Positions 27,483-36,846 of a stretch of DNA of 60,067 bases are shown here, piece by piece. The notes under the pieces are model-generated. The model was not told where the DNA came from and made no database searches. It worked only from the letters and a program-made list of their open reading frames with translations. The position numbers were made by a program, and so were the translations under genes. Position 1 is the stretch's first letter. Every line of letters starts with the position of its first letter. Source of the stretch: Oligoflexus sp. (GTDB taxonomy: Bacteria; Bdellovibrionota_B; Oligoflexia; Oligoflexales; Oligoflexaceae). The stretch spans positions 1 through 60,067 of the forward strand of contig JBGSTX010000002.1 of the NCBI GenBank assembly GCA_041736305.1, in the 5' to 3' direction.

Positions 27483-27663
27483 AACGCCATCTCCTCATCC
27501 CACGAACCAAGCTCAGACTTCCGAGCCTGGGCCAACTACCATCCCCGAAGCTTCCATGTTAGACTTAATGGAGTACCATTCTTGAGAGTGCAAATCTGTC
27601 TCGCATGCACTTTTGGTGATACACCAGCTTCCTGTCCTTGGCGACGAAAATTGGAGCAGCCGG

Positions 27664-28872
27664 GTGAACGATAATAACCTTCCGTCAAAAATTCTGATAA
27701 TTGACGGCGATAAGTCGGTAGGCCAAGGGCTTAAGCCGCAGCTGGAAAAACATAATATCAAGGTGGATACCGCGGGCGATCTCAGCTCCGGCCTCTACCT
27801 CTATAGCCAGAACATTTATCCCGTTGTACTCGTCGAAATAGCCTTCGAAGAACTCCCTGGTCTCGTCCTCATCCAACGTTGGCGCCAGCACGAGAACCCG
27901 GAAAAACGCAACGCCGGCTTCATTCTCATCGCCGGTAATCGCAACAACGAAAACTCAGGTGAGAAAAAACTGATCGACGAGCTCGAGGATCTCGAACTCC
28001 TCTATAAACCCCTGAGCGTGATTCAACTCTTGCCCTATCTCGGCAGAGCCATGCAGACCCGATCTAGGCGTCTGCGCTACGGTGAGATCTCAGGCAAAGC
28101 CCTCCAATTGGCAGCTAAGGCAGAAACGGCCCCTGCCGCCGTCGAGTTGGTGAAATCTAATGCTAAGGATCTTGGGGCCCGCGCGCCTGATCTCATGCGC
28201 GAAGTTCATGAAGTCCAACTCCAATATCAGAAAGCTCTCGATATCGTCGACGGCGTCCTCGGACAAAAGCCCGACAACCTCAGTGCGATGAATCACAAGG
28301 GTCGCCTGCTGCTGAAGCTCGGACGCTCAGAAGAAGCTCTCAAAGCGATGGAATTAGCCGACAAGCAGGCACCTCAGAACGTGCAGCGGATCAATGAGTT
28401 GGCTATGGCCTATCTCCGAGCTAACCACCCTGATCTCTCCGTCGAAAAAATGAAAGAAGTTATTAAGTATCATCCCGATCAGCCAGATATCAAATTCGAT
28501 ATGTTCGCCAAGTTACAGGAATTCGGCTACGACCATCATGCGATTAGTCTCTGTAAAGATACTACAGCTCCTCTCGAAGTCGTCCGACACTACAATAACA
28601 AAGGGGTCGCTCTCGCGAAAAGCTCCAATGTTGAAGGTGCCATAATGGAATATGAGCGTGCATTGCGCTTCTATCCCAATTACAAAGAAAACTACCGAAT
28701 TCTCTACAACATTGCCCTCGCCCACCTCTCGTACAAGACCCGCAGTCATTACGAAATCGCCTCGGACTACGTTGATAAATGTCTGCAGCTGAACCCTAAG
28801 TTCGAGAAAGCTCTCAAGACTCGCGAGCAGATCAGCGAGCAGCTGAACAAGAAAGCCAAGACAGCTTCGTAG
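27664..28872 (+). CDS. Atypical receiver domain plus TPR repeat protein
   Basis: KILIIDGD...VVLVEI...PGL...KP receiver fold; TPR helices including YNNKGVAL; GTG start with GGAG RBS. Confidence 0.85.
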   Translation: MNDNNLPSKILIIDGDKSVGQGLKPQLEKHNIKVDTAGDLSSGLYLYSQNIYPVVLVEIAFEELPGLVLIQRWRQHENPEKRNAGFILIAGNRNNENSGEKKLIDELEDLELLYKPLSVIQLLPYLGRAMQTRSRRLRYGEISGKALQLAAKAETAPAAVELVKSNAKDLGARAPDLMREVHEVQLQYQKALDIVDGVLGQKPDNLSAMNHKGRLLLKLGRSEEALKAMELADKQAPQNVQRINELAMAYLRANHPDLSVEKMKEVIKYHPDQPDIKFDMFAKLQEFGYDHHAISLCKDTTAPLEVVRHYNNKGVALAKSSNVEGAIMEYERALRFYPNYKENYRILYNIALAHLSYKTRSHYEIASDYVDKCLQLNPKFEKALKTREQISEQLNKKAKTAS

Positions 28873-28968
28873 GCCTGGCGGAAAAAGACTTAAACAAAGA
28901 CCAGCGACTGGTGTAATCTCGGCCTCATTACGGCCGCGTTGCCGCCTATTTCGAAGAGGCAGTCGCAA

Positions 28969-29961
28969 ATGGAAAGCAAAATAAAGCAGGCACTGGAGCA
29001 GTTTGAAGCGCTGTGCGAGCCATGGGTCCTGGCACCAGGTCATATGGAAAAGTTGGCCCCCTATGCCTACGTTTGGCACCCTTCAGAAGTCGTAGATTCC
29101 GACCATACGAAGCCCCTTGGTCTCACAGTGCAAGCCATTACCCACGGGAACGAAGTAGGTGGCATTGAAGTCCTCCTTTCTTGTCTCGAACTTCTGAAGA
29201 GCGGACTCCTCCAGCCGTCATTTGCAGTAGGATTTGCTTTAGGTAACCCGGCAGCTGCTCTAGCTAACAAACGCTTTCTAGAGCGCGATCTCAATCGATC
29301 TTTTGGCCAGCAGGGCTCGTCCTTGCTCGAAGAAGGGCGGGCGAGAGCCCTGGAGCCTCTGCTTAAAAAGTCGCGCTTTTTCCTCGATATCCATCAGACG
29401 ATAGAGCCATCGCTCAGTCCTTTTTTCATTTTCCCTTACACCCCCACTTCATACGCGTTCGCTGAAGCTATTGCGCAGGGCATTCCCATCGTCACCCACT
29501 GGGGGAATTCCTTCTCGAAAGATGGGATGTGCAGCGATGAATTTGTGAATGAGTGCGGTGGGACCGGCATCACGATAGAGCTTGGGCAGAAAGGCTTTCA
29601 TCCCTACCACCAGGGAGTCGGTCTCCTGGCAGCTCTCGCAGCTTTGTCCTACGCGAGCCGCCTATCTAAAGGCTCGCGGCTCGCGGCTCCAGCCCAAGCC
29701 GAGATTTATACCTGGAAGACGGTGGTCCCCTATGCAGATGGGATGAGTCTGGATGAAGGCCTTTATAATTTTCAGGCCCTCAAACGTGGTCAGAAGATTG
29801 GGAAGACGCGTCAAGGTCCTTTGGAAGTCGAAGCCGATGGCTTCTTGCTTTTTCCTAAATATCGACGCGATCCTCAGGCTCCGCAAGCTAAAGAGCTCTA
29901 TCGCATCGCCCAACGCATCAGTCGAGAGCAGTTGGGAATGCCTGATGTCTTCAGGCAGTAG
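28969..29961 (+). CDS. Succinylglutamate desuccinylase/aspartoacylase (AstE/AspA, M14) family protein
   Basis: THGNE, GNP.A..ANKRFLERDLNRSF, LDIHQT, TIELG. Confidence 0.9.
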   Translation: MESKIKQALEQFEALCEPWVLAPGHMEKLAPYAYVWHPSEVVDSDHTKPLGLTVQAITHGNEVGGIEVLLSCLELLKSGLLQPSFAVGFALGNPAAALANKRFLERDLNRSFGQQGSSLLEEGRARALEPLLKKSRFFLDIHQTIEPSLSPFFIFPYTPTSYAFAEAIAQGIPIVTHWGNSFSKDGMCSDEFVNECGGTGITIELGQKGFHPYHQGVGLLAALAALSYASRLSKGSRLAAPAQAEIYTWKTVVPYADGMSLDEGLYNFQALKRGQKIGKTRQGPLEVEADGFLLFPKYRRDPQAPQAKELYRIAQRISREQLGMPDVFRQ

Positions 29962-29974
29962 AGAGGGAGAACTT

Positions 29975-30442
29975 TCAGCGACTCTGGTTCTTCATGACCC
30001 GAGAAATCTCGCGCTTCGCATCTTTTTCTCGGGCAGTATCGCGCTTATCGTAGCTCTTCTTGCCCTTACCTAGACCGATTTCCAGCTTGATATAGCGACC
30101 GCTGAAATACATCTTGAGCGGCAAGAGGCTATAGCCTTTTTCCTGCACGGCTCGCGCGAGCCTGGTGAGCTCTTGGCGATGCAAGAGCAGGCGGCGAGGT
30201 CGGCGCTCGAGGTGATTCATGATATTGCCGTGTGAATAATGTCCGATATGCACTTCATGAAGGAAAGCTTCGAGATCATCGGTAATCTCAACCCAACCAT
30301 CGGAGAGATTGATTTTACCGTCGCGGAGAGCTTTGACTTCCGTTCCCTGCAGAGCAATCCCTGCCTCCCATTTATCGCTGATCGCGTATTCATGGAAGGC
30401 CTTGCGATTGGAGCTGATTACTTTGATTCCTTTTGCTTCCAT
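29975..30442 (-). CDS. smpB: SsrA-binding protein
   Basis: NRKAFHEY, EAGIALQGTEVKALR, GKGKKSYDKR. Confidence 0.98.
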   Translation of the reverse strand: MEAKGIKVISSNRKAFHEYAISDKWEAGIALQGTEVKALRDGKINLSDGWVEITDDLEAFLHEVHIGHYSHGNIMNHLERRPRRLLLHRQELTRLARAVQEKGYSLLPLKMYFSGRYIKLEIGLGKGKKSYDKRDTAREKDAKREISRVMKNQSR

Positions 30443-30502
30443 TTTGTGTTATCAGCTTTCTCGTCCAATGGTGTTTAAACAGCAGTCTCAATCTAAAGCC
30501 AA

Positions 30503-31477
30503 ATGCATAAAAGTCTAGCCGAAAATCCAGAAAATATTGGAGACTTCCGTCCTCTCGGACGGCCGATCGCTGCGCCTGACGCGGGCATGCGAATCGATGC
30601 CTATCTGGCCAAGAACTTCCGCTTTCTCTCGCGGGCCGCTTGGCAAAAGCGCCTTGATTCCGGGACTGTGCGCCTCGATGGAAGACCTGCGAACACTGCC
30701 CAGCGTCTGCAAGAAGGGCAGAATATCGACTATTTTTATCCCCTCGAAGTCGAGCCCGAAGTCGATCGCGGAATTTATCCGATTTGGCGCAAAGGAGCCG
30801 TCATGGCGGTGTTCAAGCCGGCTCCCCTACCCATGCACGAAAATGGCCCCTATCGGAAGAACACCTTCGCGACTCTCCTTCAGGAAGAGCTTGGTCCAGA
30901 ATGGGCTGCTGTTCATCGCCTCGATCGAGAGACTTCGGGCATAGTGCTGTGCGGAGCGACCTATGAAGTGAGGCGTGATCTGGCCCAGTCCCTCGCCAGC
31001 CGCAGTCTTCAAAAAGAATATCTGGCGATCGCACACGGCATCAGTAAGGAGCCCTTCTGGATCGCTGAAGGACCTATCGGTGATCTCAGTTCGAGTGAGA
31101 TCAGGATAAAAAAATGGGTGGTTTCCGGCGGACTTCCTTCCGAAACACATTTCCAGGTTCTTGAGCAAAAGCGGCAGCACATCCTCTTTCGGGCCTTCCC
31201 CAAGACGGGCCGTACCAATCAGATCAGAATTCACGCCGCCCACGCAGGTCATCATCTGGTCGGCGATCGGCTTTTCTACCCAGACGAGCAGGTTTTCTTA
31301 GAGTGGTATGTCGACGGTCTCAGCGAGCAGGTCATAGCTAAGACAGGTCACCGTCGCTGCCTCCTGCATGCTCACGCGCTGCATTTCGAGCATCCCGAAG
31401 ACGGGCGCAACTATGAAGTCCGCTGTCCCTTGCCTGAGGATATGGACACTTTCTGGGCCGGTCTGGATATAATTTAA
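30503..31477 (+). CDS. RluA-family pseudouridine synthase with S4 domain (RluC/RluD-like)
   Basis: GMRIDAYL S4 motif; HRLDRETSG; TGRTNQIRIH; LHA..L.F.HP. Confidence 0.93.
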   Translation: MHKSLAENPENIGDFRPLGRPIAAPDAGMRIDAYLAKNFRFLSRAAWQKRLDSGTVRLDGRPANTAQRLQEGQNIDYFYPLEVEPEVDRGIYPIWRKGAVMAVFKPAPLPMHENGPYRKNTFATLLQEELGPEWAAVHRLDRETSGIVLCGATYEVRRDLAQSLASRSLQKEYLAIAHGISKEPFWIAEGPIGDLSSSEIRIKKWVVSGGLPSETHFQVLEQKRQHILFRAFPKTGRTNQIRIHAAHAGHHLVGDRLFYPDEQVFLEWYVDGLSEQVIAKTGHRRCLLHAHALHFEHPEDGRNYEVRCPLPEDMDTFWAGLDII

Positions 31478-32895
31478 TATGAAGTCTGCCGTTGCCAGGC
31501 AGACTGGGCTTTCTGATAGATCTCGTCGAAACTAAGTTGATTCTGCCCTAATAGGACATCTGCTTCGAGACTCCTGAGTTGCGGCAGGCCCTCGATAATT
31601 TGCCGAATTCCCAGCAAACCATTGATGCGGTAAAGTACCTGAAAGAGATAGAAGCTTTGCTTGTAAGCTACCTGGGCTTCTGAACTCTGCAGCTGCAGAA
31701 AGCTTGCAGCAAACATCTCTGCTTTTAAAAAGGGCTGCTGCGTGGCAGCAAAGCTATAATTCCAGCAAAAATTCGGGCATTCAGCGACCTGAGCCAGGCC
31801 TTCTTGAAACCAAGTCGGCAGTGTGCGGCGATTGACCTGTTCGCTTAGCAAGGCGTGAGCCAGCTCGTGCCGAAGGACGCGGGCGAAACTATCATTCAAC
31901 TCCTGACCTTCGGGTACCGGAATGCGAATGCGGCCGTCGTAAATACCAGAAGCCCAAGTTGGACTGTGAGCTGCCTGTGCAAAATTCTCCACGCGGTGAA
32001 AAATGACTTCAATCGGATGTTCGGGTGAGTTGAAGCCAAGGTTCTGGACGAGCTGCTGCTCGCTGTTCTGTAGCAGTTCGAGCGCGCCTTCGACCAGTCC
32101 GATATGATCGCGAGGCTGATAGCGGATAATAAAATTACCCCCCTGAATCTCGCTCTGACTTTGACCTTCATCAGCCCGCGCAATGAGCCCACGTTCTCTC
32201 GTCTCAAGATCTTTGCCTTGGTCCGGGCTGAGGGAAGTGATCTCTCTCGCTTTCTGCGTTAAACTCAGAGCCTCATCTAAGGCACCCAATGATTCTTTGG
32301 CTTCAGCTAGCAGTATGTAAGCTTCAGGATCAGCAGACTTCTGCTCGGCATAACTCTCGAGATAGGTCAAAGCCGTCCACCAATCGCGTTTTTGAAGATA
32401 GCAAAAGCCGAGGCCTTTCAGCACGAGAGGGTCGGAATTCGTTTTCAAAAGCTCATCAAAAAGCGCTAATGCGTCTGGGCAGTTCTGCCGCCGAACCTGA
32501 GCCCAGGCAGCGCCAAGTTTGAGGGTGGGAAGCTGGCGGGCAAGCCATGCCTTGTAGCGTGGCGCCAAAAGCTCATCTTGTAGTTGCTTTTCAGCTAGAT
32601 TGAAAGCCTGGCCAAAATTCTCATCCGTAAAAAGCTTTCTAAGAAGGCGTTCAGCCTGGGCATCTTTCTCCTCGAGCTTGAGCTCATCGACCTTTTCTAT
32701 GGCAAGCTCGGGCGCGGCCAGAGAGAGGGGCTTGGCTTCCAAGGGCTCAGGTAGAAGCGAAAGGGGCAAATCCCCGGGTGTAGACTCCGAGAATGAGCTA
32801 TGCAATAAGGGGTTGCGATCTTGACTCGCAAAAAGGACGGCGGCGATAAAAAGTACCCACCGCAATCGACGAGATTTTCTGAGTTTAGGTTTCAA
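31474..32895 (-). CDS. TPR plus peptidase MA-like (gluzincin) metallopeptidase
   Basis: N-terminal TM; TPR helices; WASGIYDGRIR; HELAH...PTWFQEGLA; TTG start overlapping the grxC stop. Confidence 0.85.
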   Translation of the reverse strand: MKPKLRKSRRLRWVLFIAAVLFASQDRNPLLHSSFSESTPGDLPLSLLPEPLEAKPLSLAAPELAIEKVDELKLEEKDAQAERLLRKLFTDENFGQAFNLAEKQLQDELLAPRYKAWLARQLPTLKLGAAWAQVRRQNCPDALALFDELLKTNSDPLVLKGLGFCYLQKRDWWTALTYLESYAEQKSADPEAYILLAEAKESLGALDEALSLTQKAREITSLSPDQGKDLETRERGLIARADEGQSQSEIQGGNFIIRYQPRDHIGLVEGALELLQNSEQQLVQNLGFNSPEHPIEVIFHRVENFAQAAHSPTWASGIYDGRIRIPVPEGQELNDSFARVLRHELAHALLSEQVNRRTLPTWFQEGLAQVAECPNFCWNYSFAATQQPFLKAEMFAASFLQLQSSEAQVAYKQSFYLFQVLYRINGLLGIRQIIEGLPQLRSLEADVLLGQNQLSFDEIYQKAQSAWQRQTSY

Positions 32896-33133
32896 TAAGT
32901 TCCCCTTTTTTATGAAGAGTCTGCAACTCGTTGAATCCACCGATGAATTTGCCATCGATAAAAATCATGGGAACGGTACGGTAGTTGCCATTTTCTTCGG
33001 AAAGTTTTTGGCGTAAGTCGGGCTTGTCATCGAGACCTATTTCATCATATTTGAGGCCGACCTGACTGAGAAGACGCTTGGCTGAAGAGCAATAGGCGCA
33101 GACTCGGGTCGTATAAACTTTTATTTCTCGCAT
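32885..33133 (-). CDS. grxC: Glutaredoxin 3-like protein
   Basis: CAYC active site; TVPMIFIDGKFIGG. Confidence 0.93.
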   Translation of the reverse strand: MREIKVYTTRVCAYCSSAKRLLSQVGLKYDEIGLDDKPDLRQKLSEENGNYRTVPMIFIDGKFIGGFNELQTLHKKGELIET

Positions 33134-33224
33134 AGCGTTTTATCCTGTTTTCAAGTAGGGAATGAAAATCTGGCCACAAAGGGGTTTGGCGATCAAAAGC
33201 TCCCCATTTCTAGGGGGAATTCTA

Positions 33225-34373
33225 ATGAGCTCCGAAACGAACCGCAAGGACTTGTACGAGCTAGTTCGTCAGCTTCTGCAGACTGCACGCAGGCTCGAAG
33301 GCTTGGAGGTCCTGGGTCCCGACGACTCTACGGCAGCGGAACGCCTGCTCGAAATCGACGAGCGCGAGGGCCCGGTATACACCGCGCACTTGGCTTCCGA
33401 CGAGATGAATCTCGATCAAAAAATGCAGCTGGAACAAGTCGTCAAAACTCGCGGCCAGGAAGAGGGCCTTAAGCTCGCCGTTAACTTCAAGCGCCGCCGT
33501 TCCCTGGGAACCCGACTGGGAACGAGTCCAGCAACGCCGGCAGCTAGCCAATCTCCCGCAAACAACCCCTTTGGAGTAAAGCGCCGGATCAAACCAATCC
33601 CAGGCGTGAAGAAGATTATCGCGGTCTCCTCAGGCAAAGGCGGGGTCGGCAAATCCACAGTCTCGGTAAATCTGGCCGCCGGCCTAGCTATGCGTGGAGA
33701 ACGGGTTGGTTTGCTGGATGCCGATCTTTACGGTCCCTCTGCTCCCATGCTTTTCGGTGTTGAAGGGCCGATGCCTATTTCCGCCGATCAGAAAATGATC
33801 CCCCTAGAGCGTTTTGGAGTTAAGATTGTTTCCTTCGGATTTATGACAGATCCCTATCATCCCGTCATCTGGCGAGGACCGATGGTAACGAAGGCACTTG
33901 AGCAACTCTTCTACCAGGTGGAATGGGGGCAGCTCGATTATCTGGTGATCGACCTACCGCCAGGGACGGGGGACGTTCAGCTGACCATCATCGAAAATCT
34001 GCCGATCTTCGGCAGCATCATTGTCTCGACCCCGCAAGCTGTGGCGCTGCTCGACGCCCATAAGGGGCTTTCTATGTTTGAAAAATTGCGTGTGCCCGTG
34101 CTTGGCCTGGTCGAGAACATGTCGCACTTTCAATGCAGCGCTTGCTCCTATACCGACGATGTTTTCGGACAGGCTCAGATAGAAGAATTTGCGCGCCAGC
34201 GGCGGGTTTCGATTTTGGCGCGGATTCCGCTCCATCGCGTTATCCGTGAAGCATCGGACGGCGGCATTCCGCTGGTTCATGCCTCCCCTTCACACGCCCA
34301 CCCGTTTCTAGCTTTGGTCGATGCAGTCTTAGAACGAGGGATGTCAGAAATTCAGACATATGACCAAAAGTAA
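33225..34373 (+). CDS. mrp: Mrp/NBP35 (ApbC) Fe-S cluster carrier ATPase
   Basis: SGKGGVGKST, DADLYGPS, WRGPM, DLPPGTGD, ENMS..CSAC. Confidence 0.95.
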   Translation: MSSETNRKDLYELVRQLLQTARRLEGLEVLGPDDSTAAERLLEIDEREGPVYTAHLASDEMNLDQKMQLEQVVKTRGQEEGLKLAVNFKRRRSLGTRLGTSPATPAASQSPANNPFGVKRRIKPIPGVKKIIAVSSGKGGVGKSTVSVNLAAGLAMRGERVGLLDADLYGPSAPMLFGVEGPMPISADQKMIPLERFGVKIVSFGFMTDPYHPVIWRGPMVTKALEQLFYQVEWGQLDYLVIDLPPGTGDVQLTIIENLPIFGSIIVSTPQAVALLDAHKGLSMFEKLRVPVLGLVENMSHFQCSACSYTDDVFGQAQIEEFARQRRVSILARIPLHRVIREASDGGIPLVHASPSHAHPFLALVDAVLERGMSEIQTYDQK

Positions 34374-34463
34374 GAATCACATTCTCAAGAAATCATTGGG
34401 GAATACAGCCTTAGGAGCTTGCGCAATTCTGAGTGCCCGAAAGATTTTGAGCGCTTAAGCTCG

Positions 34464-34479
34464 TGGCACAATCGCTGCA
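34464..34479 (+). promoter_or_regulatory. Sigma54 (-24/-12) promoter
   Basis: TGGCAC-AATCG-CTGCA has exact GG-N10-GC spacing; no convincing gene follows on +. Confidence 0.7.
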
Positions 34480-34490
34480 AAAGGTAATAT

Positions 34491-34627
34491 GTCCGGACAT
34501 CGTCTGGACTGAAAGTTGGCTGAGCTGTCCCCGGATTTGAAATTATATTCAAATCATCCCCGTTGCTGCTGGTACCGCTCTTCCTCTCGCTGCTGTTTGA
34601 CTAACCAATCAGTTCAGCCAACTTTCA
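34491..34627 (+). ncRNA. Candidate sigma54-dependent structured small RNA (~137 nt)
   Basis: Predicted +1 coincides with hairpin GTCCGGAC/GTCTGGAC; 17-bp stem 34510-34526/34611-34627; internal 8-bp hairpin 34534-34555. Confidence 0.6.
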
Positions 34628-36659
34628 ACCCCCCGAGTTCTATTCGCGCTACGAGCTGCCCTACTAAACTCTCCAGAGCCTCTACAAAAGCCCTATCATT
34701 CAGATCATGCTGCCCCAACCAAAAGCATCCTGGCTGGCCTGCTGCGACTTTTTTCCAAAAGATGGAAAAGCTTTGCTCAGCTGCTGTGAAGCCAATACTG
34801 GGTACTTCGCTCAGAGACTGCCAGTTCTCTTCTCCAAATTTATCCATCATCCTTTGGATATGCCCTAGATTTTCAGCACTTGGAAACGTAGGGGATAAAA
34901 GCTTATGGTCTTCCCATATCATTCCTAGAGGGTTTTTCCCGTTGTATATCGTGAGGCAACCCGCCGGGCTCAGGAGCGGTACATGCTCCTGCAAAAGTGT
35001 GAGCAGCGCATCCTGGCTGAAGCACAGACTGATCCGCAGCAGCATTTCGTTGACGAGGGCGGTCTGGGTTACTGTTCGCTGGACTAATAGAGCTTCACGA
35101 CTGAGTAGCTCAAGGCTTTCAGCAGGTGGAGCTTCAGCAAAATCTGGATCGTCTAAATCTAAGTCAGTATCCTCGATAAGCTCTGAGTTGCCATCAGCTA
35201 ACGATGCCTCAAGGGGCTCCAGTCGGTCGTGACTCTCTGCAGCGAAGTCCAGGGCTGGCTCGGCTTGAAAATCTTCGAGCTCCGGCTCATCGAGAGTCTC
35301 GGACAGGTCGGCATCGAGTGAGGCCAGCAAAACATCGGAGGGAAGTGGCTCAGGATCTACGGCGGGGCCTTCGTCATCATCCAAGCTTTCCGCAAAAGCT
35401 TCGAGAGGGTCGTCTTCCGCCGCGATTTCAAAGGCGTCGGACATGCTTTCGTCTTCGAGGGATAGAGTAGGTTCTGGGGCTTTTGCGCTTTCAGCTTCGA
35501 TATCGGTATCGGTATCGGTATCGAGATCCCCAAATAGGTCGTCGCTACTGCTGTTTGCCAAATCCGCTGCAAAATCGGGTTCTGGCGCACTTGCTTCTAT
35601 CTCAGCTCCGCTCTCTGCAAACTCGCTACCGATAGGTTCAGATTCTGCATCAAGATCTGGCAAAGAATTATCAGCATCGCTATTCAAACTGTCGAAGGCA
35701 TCGAGCTCGTCGAGTTCGCCAATGCCTAGAGTCGAGTCGAGATCCAAATCATCCAGAGCTTGAGCGGCTTTCGAAGCTCCTTGAGAAGCCCTGGGTGCAG
35801 CATCCAGATCAGGGTCATCCAAAGCGCTATCCCAGATATCCTCGTCATTTCCATGTTTCAAAGCCTTGCCTGCGTCCTTTGTGGGCTGCTTGGCGTCCAA
35901 ACTATCCCCAAAATCGTCACCTATTTCAGCGCCACCGCCTTGATCAAGATCGAGTTCACCCCCGCTGCTGGCGTCGGTGAAATCTCCGGAATCAAAATCA
36001 TCCTCCGGGCCATTCTCGTCGAGAACATCGAGATCAGCTGAGGACGAGGAAAATTCATCCTCGTCTTCAAATGGAGACGAATTCTCGGAGCGAGCAGCGT
36101 TTCTCGAACTCTTCTTGCTACTGCGATCTTCGTCGAGCTCCTCGACCTCTTCGCCGAGCTTTTGTTTGACCCAGGCGCCTCCTGCGTGATTCTGCAGAAA
36201 CTTGGATAGATCTGAGTAGCGCGGTACAAACTCGGAATCGAGCCGCGTAAGACCTTCGTAAATCTGCGAGAGTGGGGCAATAATAGGCACTATTTCGAGG
36301 CCGGTAAAAAACTCGAGCTGCGCGATAGTCGCCCGATCGAGCGGATCTGCGACGGCTACCGTGAGCTTTTTTTCACTGAGGTGTAAGGGCAGAATTTCTA
36401 GTCGCGAACACATGCGGCGATCGATCTTTGGGGAGATATCAAGATCGAGTTTATGCAAAAAGTTTTTGGCTGCGACGCGATAGCGAGTACGCTCACCGAC
36501 AAAAGCAGCTAGTTCCTCCTCGTCGAGGAGCCCCATCGTCAGGATACTTTTGGCAAATGCCCAGCTGCCTTGACCGCAAGTTTTGTTGATGGTTAGCCGA
36601 TCCTGCTCGGTCAGCAGGCCTTCATTGACGAGCAGGGTTCCGAGGCCCGATGCTCCCAT
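34614..36659 (-). CDS. GspE/PilB N-terminal (MshEN-like) domain protein with a long Asp/Glu-rich disordered region
   Basis: LGTLLVNEGLL, ILPL...LTVAVADPLD...LEFFTG; very acidic central ~300 aa; no Walker motifs seen. Confidence 0.8.
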   Translation of the reverse strand: MGASGLGTLLVNEGLLTEQDRLTINKTCGQGSWAFAKSILTMGLLDEEELAAFVGERTRYRVAAKNFLHKLDLDISPKIDRRMCSRLEILPLHLSEKKLTVAVADPLDRATIAQLEFFTGLEIVPIIAPLSQIYEGLTRLDSEFVPRYSDLSKFLQNHAGGAWVKQKLGEEVEELDEDRSSKKSSRNAARSENSSPFEDEDEFSSSSADLDVLDENGPEDDFDSGDFTDASSGGELDLDQGGGAEIGDDFGDSLDAKQPTKDAGKALKHGNDEDIWDSALDDPDLDAAPRASQGASKAAQALDDLDLDSTLGIGELDELDAFDSLNSDADNSLPDLDAESEPIGSEFAESGAEIEASAPEPDFAADLANSSSDDLFGDLDTDTDTDIEAESAKAPEPTLSLEDESMSDAFEIAAEDDPLEAFAESLDDDEGPAVDPEPLPSDVLLASLDADLSETLDEPELEDFQAEPALDFAAESHDRLEPLEASLADGNSELIEDTDLDLDDPDFAEAPPAESLELLSREALLVQRTVTQTALVNEMLLRISLCFSQDALLTLLQEHVPLLSPAGCLTIYNGKNPLGMIWEDHKLLSPTFPSAENLGHIQRMMDKFGEENWQSLSEVPSIGFTAAEQSFSIFWKKVAAGQPGCFWLGQHDLNDRAFVEALESLVGQLVARIELGGLKVG

Positions 36660-36846
36660 CTTATTTCCTTTCCGAGACTTAGCTCGCAGCAATAAGCGCC
36701 CCATCCGTCTCGGCAGGCAAGAAGGTGGGCGCAGCAGGTACTAAGTTCACTTGGATTATGCTAGGCAAATGGCTGTAAGACCTATACTATCACAGTTTAC
36801 CGTCTAGCGGTTTTATGCGCTATTTTGGCCGAAATCAGGGGAGCTT

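Noticed and set aside
34516-35232. 238-aa + strand ORF as the target of the sigma54 promoter
   Set aside because: TTG start buried in the 17-bp stem with no RBS; Ser/Cys-rich shadow frame antisense to a real gene.
35501-35523. TATCGG microsatellite as a phase-variation switch
   Set aside because: The 6-bp unit keeps the reading frame and simply encodes DTDTDTD.
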